Of a stretch of DNA of 45,156 bases, positions 36,200 to 45,156 are shown one piece after another. Within the stretch, counting starts at the first letter, position 1. Every line of letters starts with the position of its first letter. Position numbers and translations under genes: made by a program. Under the pieces are notes generated by a model. That model saw only the letters and a program-made list of their open reading frames with translations, searched no databases and was not told where the DNA came from. Location of the stretch: the NCBI RefSeq assembly GCF_001194135.2, contig NC_068996.1, positions 30,581,823 to 30,626,978 of the forward strand. The letters run 5' to 3'. The DNA comes from Octopus bimaculoides. Taxonomy: Eukaryota.

Positions 36200-37520
36200 G
36201 ACAGTGGTGTAGCAATATTATTGTAAACCGCTTTGAAGGCAAAGTTGCCTTAGAGAAAATAAATTATAGAGGAATTAAACTGCTGTATCAGATTGTGATG
36301 GTCTGGAGAAAGCTGAAAGATAATTGATCCATAATGGAGATGCAGTTTGCTTCATATCCAGAAGAGGTACCACTGATGCACTCTTCTTAGGCAATTGTAG
36401 AAGAAATTCTTGGCTAAGAGTAAACAACTATTCTTGGCATTTGTTGAGTTGGAAAAAGCATTTTGTCAATGTAAAATGTTTAGTAATTTGATGATCACTA
36501 AAGAAACTTGGTCTGGATGAATGTCTTGTCAGGGCTGTACAAGCTATGTACAAAGGCGCAGTAAGTAAAGGTGAGAATCAACAAAGATTTCAGTAATGAA
36601 TTAAGCATGACACTAGGAATCCATCAAGGCTCAATTCTCAGTCCTCACCATCATAATATTACAGGTTGTCGCAGAGATGTTTAAGTCTAGTTGTTCATTA
36701 GGAAATAATCTATGCTAAGTTGACGATCTGGTTCACATAACTGAATATATAGAGGAAAAATTCCAAGCATGAAGCTAAATCTGGAATCAAAAATCTTTAA
36801 AGTAAACTTAAAGACTAAGGTTTTAGTAAGTAGGGAAGAAGACAGATCCTGGTATTGTTAAGGAAACAATTCTGCTCAATGTGCAAGAAAGGAGTAGGTA
36901 TAAGCTCTTTATGCTGTACTGAATGTAATTATGGACACATAAGAGAACATTAGCTTCATATGTGATATTGCACTACATACTATGACATTACTAGAAATAA
37001 ATTCTGTTAAATGCTTTGATGGCTTACTAGTAGTAGTTATCTAGAAGATATAATTAGCCATTGGGAGATGATTTCTCTGAAGGTATAGTAGCCACGGGAA
37101 GAATGGTTTGGAAAAAGTTCAAGGTGCTATTGTTGCTGCTGGCACCAATGGTTCCCCCCCCCTCCCTTTCAGAGATCAAAGGACAGATTATGTGACACTT
37201 ATGTTAAAAGTGATACAGCATGGTAGGGAAATATAAGCAAGAGTTAGAAAGAAATGAAGCTAGCACACTGATGAATGTGCAATGACAGCATGCATGAATG
37301 CTAGTGTACATGTGGGCTAAGAGGAAGTAAAGGGAGTCAGGTGTAGTGTATAAGAGAAGCTGTATTGGCAGAGACATGTAATGCACTTGGAAGATAATTG
37401 CTGCATGCAAAAGTGCCACCAAACACTACATGTTACTAGTAGAAGCTGTAGAAGAGAGAAACTAAAAGAAGACTTGTGGTGAAGGCTGACCTAAAGGTGC
37501 TATTTCTCAAGGAAATAACA
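36200..37520 (+). mobile_element. RTE (BovB-like) LINE RT remnant
   Basis: NYRGIKLL, EMQF....RGTTDALF, KQLFLAFVELEKAF, IHQGSILSP and YA.DDLV motifs with many lesions. Confidence 0.75.
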
Positions 37521-39216
37521 AAGATGTACTGACTGACAGTATGTAGGAAAATACATACTCACACAAGTGTAGTGTTTGAGAAGCTGTAATACGCACGAGT
37601 GTGTTTCTATGTATTTGTTCAGTATCAGACCTACTGTATATTGCCCCACTTCCATGACTCCCATCTCTTCATCATTCATAGCATGTTCTCTCCCAGGTCA
37701 TCTCTATTGACACCTAACACTTTTTAAATCTTTATCTCACTATGCACCCTTACACCTCTAAAGATGTCATCTAGCCTTTCTTTCCCTTACTGCATCCATC
37801 CAGTGTTTCCTCTACCATTGCTCATCCTTTCCAGTGCTTCCACTCCTGCAGTGCTTTAACACTATTCACACTCTAGTCTTTTACTTCCTCCTACCTCTGT
37901 GGTATTCTCCTGTCTCTCTTTCCCTCATTCTCTCACTCAACTTACCCACTGACTCCATTTCTCTCATTGTCCATTCCTCAGTCTCTGCTTCCTCAACACT
38001 GCTTTTTACTTCTCTTCTGGCATGTCTACACAATCTCACCACATCTTTCCTCAGTGCTACTCAGGATTCTTCTCCACTGGAGTCTATTGCTCCTTTCCAG
38101 TCCTTTTCTCTCACCCCTTCTGCCCATATTTGCCCCTTATAATACTGGATAACTCTAGTCACCTCCTTTACGCAACCTACCTTATCAGCATTCAATACTT
38201 ATTCCACCATTTCTTAATAAACAGTCACTTTTTCCTTGTTCCTTGTCTTACTTTACTGTCCCTCCACTTAGAATAATCACCCACTCTCTCTTCTATTCTC
38301 CCTCAGTTATAGGAGCCACTTTAGGTTCTTAGTCTTGCTAGTTATGAGGTAATCTTCAGTAGTGCTGGTGTGTGTGAATCCTCATCATCTTTTAACATCC
38401 ATGTTCCAAGCTAGCATGAGTTAGATGGTTTGACAGGATTCAGCAAGTACAAGGATTGTATCAGTACTCCAATGTCTTCTTTGACATGATTTCTATGGCT
38501 GGATACTTTTCCTAATGTCAACCACTTACAGCTTTTCTCCTCGTTCCAGCACTAGTAAGATCATCATGCAGCTTGTGAGACTCAGCCCCTAAGACTGAGT
38601 GGAGCTACACTGAAGGAAAGCTACTTTATGCTCAAGGAAGAAAGGTTAAAGAATGAAAGGAAGAGCTACCTCAGAACAAATTTCTTGCTATAGAAGAAAT
38701 ACATTGCTTGGGTGGGAGTGACTGGGTAAGAACTGGTAAGTGAGGTAAGATAGTGGTGAAGAAGTGTCAGGATGAACCTTGAAGCTACAAAAAGTGAATA
38801 GGGGTAAGTGGAAACAGAACGGGGTGTGAAGGTAGGTAGCAGTTGTAAGAATATATGAAGAGTGTGTGAGATGGTTGGAGGTGGGGGTAAAATAATAAAG
38901 AACAAAGGTTGAAGAGTGGCTGGTCATATATACACGTAGGATATGGCTGTAGTGACTGGGTAGAGTTGAAGGGTGGAAGTAGTGAATAGGAAAGGGTGGA
39001 GGACTGATTGATGATAGGTGATGACTGGCATTATAGAAGAAGATGAAGAGTAGTGGAGTAGTATTAATAATATAGTAAGCAGGGGAAAGATGTGTGAGGG
39101 GGAGATATACAAGCATTAATTCATCTACAAGATGGATAGATGTGTGTGTATGAGTGAATGGGTAGGTAGGTAGACAGTTATGTTTGTATTTCTTCTTGTA
39201 TTATTACATGTGTGTG

Positions 39217-39280
<64 letters not shown>

Positions 39281-39299
39281 CCAATGAGAAATAGATATC

Positions 39300-39575
39300 A
39301 TTTAATCCACACTGTGTAAAGATATGGGCTACTAAAAGTTTCTTGCTTGGAAACATGGCCCAAGACAGGTTTTTATAACACCCTTTGTACCTCTGGAGAC
39401 GCAGGGTGTGTTATAAGAAACTAATAGTAGTTTGTATCTTTATACTGCATACATTAAATAATACACACCTTGTCTCTGGAGACACAAGGTGTGTTATAAC
39501 AACCCATGCCTACAGCCACATATCCAAGCAAGAAACTATTAGTAGCTCATATCGTTATACTGTGTACACTAAATA
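39300..39575. repeat. Nested-palindrome MITE/foldback (~275 bp)
   Basis: Outer arms gatatgggctactaaaagtttcttgcttgga / tccaagcaagaaactattagtagctcatatc. Each arm ends inward in its own ~40-nt palindrome (39373-39416; 39463-39499). Confidence 0.8.
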
Positions 39576-39666
39576 TTTATCTTTCACTTTTTTGTAGATC
39601 TTACTTTAATGGAACAGCAAACTATATACACTTTATATTGTGCACATTAAATGAATATATTTATTT

Positions 39667-40990
39667 ATTTATATGTTGTTAAGACTATGTCTGGTCATAG
39701 AATGACCAGTGGTTTCGCATCCACATAGGGCTTAACCCCCAAAGACAAATATAGCTCTTCATATCTGGGAGGCAGAAATCTGTTACAGTCATTTGGTCAG
39801 TAAGTCACTAAAGAATAAATACTTCAGTCAGCAAAGACGAGTTATTGCCCTTAGACCAGTTCATTTGGCCCAAAAGAGGGGGAACAAGGGATTTTTTTCC
39901 TGGGCTGCTTTAAGATCGTAAGGACTCTTTCAGGTCTAATCAGAAGCTGAGGTAGTCATTTATATGGCAGTGGTGATATCCAGACCTAATGACCATAACA
40001 ATAGCAGCAACTGATCATCCAACAACAGTATTGGCAGCAGCGACAGCGGTAGAAACATCAGTACTAATGCCAACAGCACCAGCACTGCAGTCGAAGATGA
40101 TGATCATGCCAACACCAGCAGCACCAGTGTGGCTACTAGCCCCACTACCAGTATTACCAATGATAGCACCCACATCATCATCAGCAACATTAGTGCCATG
40201 GCCAGGGATGACCACCACAATGACAACAGCCACAGCGATGTCGCTGGACCAACACCTTGCAATGATAACAGCACTGATGGCAGCTCCAGCAACACTGGCG
40301 GCAACAACGTCTCATCTCCAGGCGCAGAGTCAACTGAAGATGCACCAGTAATGTGAGCACAGCTAACACCCAAGCCTGGAAATAAATTAGGTCAGCAGGG
40401 ACAGCCTTCAAGTGGCATCTGTACAACCAAAGGTCCTCTTTCAGGATTTCAGAAAGACAATTTGTCACATTTCTGGCCAGCTGTGTGTGGAACCTCAAAG
40501 ATGAAGGGATCCCATATGATATCAAGTGGAGGAGGGTAGCTGGGATCCTACGTTAACAGGAGCAAATACTGCAAGTGTTGTATAGCTGAGTGAGCAAAGA
40601 TACTCAAAGACTCCCAGAAACCTGGATCACTGAACACTCGCCAGGAAATTTATAGTCCTTGCATACATTTCAAATGCCACCTGCTGCAAGCATGGCATTC
40701 CCCATTCTCCGATTAGACCTGGAAGGGTCCTTATGACCTGAAAGTAACCCAGGGAAAGAAAAATCCCTTGTTCCTACTCTTTTGGCCCAGATGAACTAAT
40801 CTAAGGGAGATAACCTGTCCTTGCTGACCCTGGAGTATTTATTCTTTGGTGACTTACTGACTACAATGGATTCCTGTCTCCCAGAGGTGAAGAGTTACAT
40901 TTGTCTTTAGTTTTAGAGTTTAATGAGACTTTGTAGATGCAAAACCATTGGTCACTCTATGACCGGACATAGTCTTAACTACATATAAAT
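39667..40990 (+). mobile_element. PLE-derived element: ~280-bp inverted terminal arms around a low-complexity linker and a GIY-YIG remnant, no RT
   Basis: Arms 39667-39945 / 40706-40990 align by eye. Internal 40350-40700 translates as *IRSAGTAFKWHLYNQRSSF...SCVWNLKDEGIPYDIKWR and, after a frameshift, SYVNRSKYCKCCIAE*AKIL...SLNTRQEIYSPCIH. Confidence 0.8.
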
Positions 40991-41048
40991 ACATTACTGC
41001 TCTGTGCTTTAGCGTAAGCTTCTTTGTTTTTGGATATATGATACATTG

Positions 41049-41084
<36 letters not shown>

Positions 41085-41090
<6 letters not shown>

Positions 41091-42248
41091 GGTTGGCAAG
41101 AAAGTAATTTTGGATTTTTAGTGTGAAATAAGTCATTTATTTTTTCATACAAAGAATGAACTTTAATCAATTATATATTTTCCATTTTGTTTGATGATCT
41201 TTTGCCATCTTTCTGGCAATTTCATGATTCTGCACTCATAGAACTTCTGATCCTTATCAGCCAAAAACTGAAGCAAGTGTGATTTCAAGTCATCATCATT
41301 ATTGAAAGTTTTACTATTCAAAGAATTTTGCAAACTTCAAAATAAATGGTAATCTGATGGTGCAAGGTCAGGGCTATATTGTAGATGTGACATCACTTCC
41401 CAGCCATGCTCCAATAATTTCAAAGATGTGTGTAGTCTAGCATTGTCATGGTGGAACACGATTCCTTTATGATTTGCTAATTCTGGCCTTTTTTGTTTGA
41501 TTGCTTCCTCCAGTTTCATTAGTTGTTGACAGTAAACATCTGAATTGACTGTTTGGTTTCTTGGAAGCAACTTAAAGTACACAATACCTTTGTAATCCCA
41601 CCAAATTGACACGATGACTGTCTTTTGATGCAATTCAGCTTTTGATGTGGTTTGTGCTGGTTTATTACGTTTGGACCATGATCGTTTTTGATTGATGTTA
41701 TTGTAGACAATCCATTTTTCATCACCAGTGATGATTCATTTAAAAAAAAGGGTTTGTTTCATTGCTTTTGAGATGCATATTGATTCATTGTGTTAAGTGA
41801 ATCTCTTTCAATTTATGCGGAACCCAAATATTGATCTTAATGAGTCCAAGACATTTTAAGTGATTTCCAATTGTTGTATATGATACATTTAACCTCTTTG
41901 CAATCTCTTGCACAGTTATATGACAATCAGGTTCAATTACGGCTTTGATTTGGTCATCATCAACTTCAGTAGGTCAAACAGGACGTTGGCCATCTTTGAG
42001 TGAAAAATCTCCAGAATGGAATTTTTAAAACCATTTCTGATGTGTGTTCTGTTAAGAAATCAACACCATAAGCTTCACATATCTCTTAGTGAGCCTCAGC
42101 AGCTCTCTTGCTTTTACAGAAAAAAAAAAAAAGAAGCAAAATATGGTGACAATGTTCGTTTTTGCATTCCCTGTTAAAATTGACACAAAACCTAACAGCT
42201 ATAAACAAAATTACTTGCAATTTGTTTCCAAAGTAAGCTAAAAATACT
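41085..42248 (-). mobile_element. Decayed mariner transposon (one end lost in gap)
   Basis: TIR ttgggttggcaagaaagtaattttgg follows (TA)n. Minus strand IWWDYKGIVYFKLL...IVFHHDNARLH...YSPDLAPSDYHLF. Confidence 0.9.
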
Positions 42249-42871
42249 NNNNNNNNNNNNNNNNNNNNNNNNNNNNNNNNNNNNNNNNNNNNNNNNNNNN
42301 NNNNNNNNNNNNNNNNNNNNNNNNNNNNNNNNNNNNNNNNNNNNNNNNNNNNNNNNNNNNNNNNNNNNNNNNNNNNNNNNNNNNNNNNNNNNNNNNNNNN
42401 NNNNNNNNNNNNNNNNNNNNNNNNNNNNNNNNNNNNNNNNNNNNNNNNNNNNNNNNNNNNNNNNNNNNNNNNNNNNNNNNNNNNNNNNNNNNNNNNNNNN
42501 NNNNNNNNNNNNNNNNNNNNNNNNNNNNNNNNNNNNNNNNNNNNNNNNNNNNNNNNNNNNNNNNNNATATATAGTGAAAAGTGGTTAGAAATTTCTGTAC
42601 AAATTGTGTTTTATCACCAAGAAATGGGTTAAAATGCACAATAACATTAAGAAAATTATTGTAATAAATTTAAACAACTTAAAGGGAAAAAACCAATTGT
42701 AATATTTCATCTATTCTGGTTGTGGATTTATCAAATGAAAATAGTTATAGTGATTGAAATATAAATGGTTGTGATTCTTGTAGTTGGACAGAGAACTTAG
42801 GTATCAGGTTCCAAGACAAAGAATGAACGGATAAGGTATGTGCACACACACACACACACACACACATAGAT

Positions 42872-42902
<31 letters not shown>

Positions 42903-43055
42903 TGTAATGAGTGATTAAATATCTATCTTTTGCCTGTATATTTCTGTCTGTGTTTATGTTCCATCTTTTCATCCATACACCTGTCCATCCCTCTCTTCTT
43001 TCCTCTATCTCCAACTATATATGTATTTCTCATCGGGAATCCTATTTCCCTTCAG

Positions 43056-43197
43056 ATAAACAAGGCAAAGCTGTGCATCTCACTTACAAGGACAAACTCA
43101 AATTAGTTGCTTATACAAAACAGGCAGCACATGGGCGATGTGAAACCGAAGCCTTCCCTGATGTTGGATTTTTGGATGTTGTCGGGAGTGATCGAAG
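43056..43197 (+). CDS. ACBD3: ACBD3/GCP60, second coding exon (ACB domain)
   Basis: Acceptor ctatttcccttcag|AT and donor GAAG|GTGAGT; 142 nt. Phase 1 joins the previous exon (G+AT=Asp). Encodes DKQGKAVHLTYKDKLKLVAYTKQAAHGRCETEAFPDVGFLDVVGSDR, matching human [24 protein letters not shown]...PEVGFFDVLGNDRR. Later exons are not visible in the window. Confidence 0.95.
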
Positions 43198-44673
43198 GTG
43201 AGTATTGATCAAAATATGGATGTGTGTGTAATATCTAAAGAAATGGATATATATAATTTACATATTAAATTTTGATTTGTGTTTATATAGTTATGTGTGT
43301 GTTTATAATTATATGTATGTATTTATAATTATATGCATATTTATTTATATATATATGTATCTATTAATATATATATATATATATCTTAATCTTAATATAT
43401 AAATCTGAAATTGTGTGTTTGTGTGAAGCCTTTTTGAAAGTTTATAGAAATCCACATTTTCCACTTTTTCGTAAAAATTTTTACATCAATGGAATTTTTT
43501 CGATGTGAACTTTCCAGTGCAGTAATTAGATTTTTAAAATTCCGTTTACTTTGTGTGATTTAAGGGAGATTTGGCTGTTGTTTCTAGCAACTTTTATATT
43601 TCATCCCTTCTACCTGGAACGCCATTCTTACACACGCGCTCAACATAAAAATATAGAGAGTAAGAGTGGGAGAGGGAGAGAGAGAGAAAGTGATACATAC
43701 AACGTCATAGATTAAACTTTCATCTCAGTATTCTTTACCTATTTTTCATAACANNNNNNNNNNNNNNNNNNNNNNNNNNNNNNNNNNNNNNNNNNNNNNN
43801 NNNNNNNNNNNNNNNNNNNNNNNNNNNNNNNNNNNNNNNNNNNNNNNNNNNNNNNNNNNNNNNNNNNNNNNNNNNNNNNNNNNNNNNNNNNNNNNNNNNN
43901 NNNNNNNNNNNNNNNNNNNNNNNNNNNNNNNNNNNNNNNNNNNNNNNNNNNNNNNNNNNNNNNNNNNNNNNNNNNNNNNNNNNNNNNNNNNNNNNNNNNN
44001 NNNNNNNNNNNNNNNNNNNNNNNNNNNNNNNNNNNNNNNNNNNNNNNNNNNNNNNNNNNNNNNNNNNNNNNNNNNNNNNNNNNNNNNNNNNNNNNNNNNN
44101 NNNNNNNNNNNNNNNNNNNNNNNNNNNNNNNNNNNNNNNNNNNNNNNNNNNNNNNNNNNNNNNNNNNNNNNNNNNNNNNNNNNNNNNNNNNNNNNNNNNN
44201 NNNNNNNNNNNNNNNNNNNNNNNNNNNNNNNNNNNNNNNNNNNNNNNNNNNNNNNNNNNNNNNNNNNNNNNNNNNNNNNNNNNNNNNNNNNNNNNNNNNN
44301 NNNNNNNNNNNNNNNNNNNNNNNNNNNNNNNNNNTGTATGTACATTTCAAGCATGTAGGAATTTTGAAGGAAACAACTGCAGGTTATTTTTGAGAAGTGT
44401 TCCCCACTCTGTGGTGTTTCGGAGCAAGTCATCCATATTTGTTTCATTTTTCTCTATTATGTGCTTATGTGCATCCTTAGATTTCTAATGAAGTAATAGG
44501 CAGTGAAGAGAAGCAGTCATAAGAAAACTTTTAACTACCCCTATTCCTTTCTCTCCCCCTCTCTACCTCTTCCTCTCTCGCTCTCTCAAAAGCATACACG
44601 TGCAAGTACACAATCATTCAGTAAAATATAACTCATGTTCGTCAATGTTTTGTAAATTTACCATGATTTTCAC

Positions 44674-44794
44674 TAGGGTGTTAGAGTTGGGGTTTTAGGG
44701 TCAGGGTAGGGTTTAGGATTAATGTTACGGTTAGGTTTTTTAGGGTCAGGGTTAGGGTTAGGGGTTAGTGTTAGGATTAGGATTAGGGTTGGGT
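44674..44794 (+). repeat. Degenerate interstitial (TTAGGG)n-like tract
   Basis: gttagggttaggggttagtgttaggattaggattagggtt and similar; about 20 imperfect hexamers. Confidence 0.8.
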
Positions 44795-45156
44795 AATCGT
44801 GTGGGTGTTAATCTGAAAAATTACAGATATGTGAAAAGTACCGACCCTGCCATCTATTATAACTTTTGTTTTGTTTAATATATACATAGATTATGCCTCC
44901 AAAGAAGAGAGTTTGCTGGGGAAAGACAGCAACCGGTTTAAAATGACAGCAACAGACTGCAGTAATGCACCACATTCCAGAAGCTATTTTGAACATAAGG
45001 CAAAATGGTGCATCAACATCTTCTGCCCAATCTGATAGAATTCTGGCAAAACTGTGTAGCAACAGATCGTCAGCAATTGCTTCATCAGAAATTGCTGTCC
45101 TAGCTCCTGCTAAAAGGGATTACCCTGCGATGTATAATCAGGGCAGCGCAAAAAGT

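Noticed and set aside
37650-39120. ORFs of 60-140 aa in strongly pyrimidine- then purine-skewed DNA
   Set aside because: The L/S/F/P/H-rich translations reflect compositional skew of repeat tails; no domain motifs.
39989-40373. 120-aa Ala/Thr/Pro-rich and 75-aa Ser/Asn-rich ORFs as a host mucin-like gene
   Set aside because: There are no splice signals or consistent frame. The DNA is the low-complexity linker preceding the GIY-YIG remnant of the PLE-derived element.
44335-45156. Search for ACBD3 exon 3 (expected to resemble ..W..LGNMSK..AM..FV.LL)
   Set aside because: No matching translation is visible; the exon is in gap 43754-44334 or beyond the window.

Overview
Eukaryotic, AT-rich, microsatellite- and transposon-dense draft scaffold with nine N-gaps. 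The repeat families suggest a cephalopod, probably Octopus (inference). The only recognisable host gene is the 5' part of ACBD3/GCP60 on the + strand. It has coding exons at 33967-34126 and 43056-43197, joined by a phase-1 GT-AG intron, plus a probable CpG-rich housekeeping promoter and non-coding first exon near 21.6-21.8 kb. The rest is decayed mobile DNA: several Penelope-like elements (PLEs), CR1/L2-, RTE- and Hero/NeSL-like LINE fragments, four mariner remnants, tRNA-type SINEs and several MITE/foldback elements. The most interesting signal is RNA-structural. Type-I hammerhead-ribozyme-like motifs recur in short non-coding elements (18810-18846, 26768-26804, 11155-11195). They also occur in both ~280-bp inverted arms of a PLE-derived, GIY-YIG-only element inside the ACBD3 intron (39667-40990). 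All copies have core substitutions, so activity is not established. Several long foldbacks could form dsRNA. Most long ORFs in the supplied track are artefacts of N-gaps or microsatellites. All alignments and counts were done by eye and boundaries of decayed repeats are approximate.
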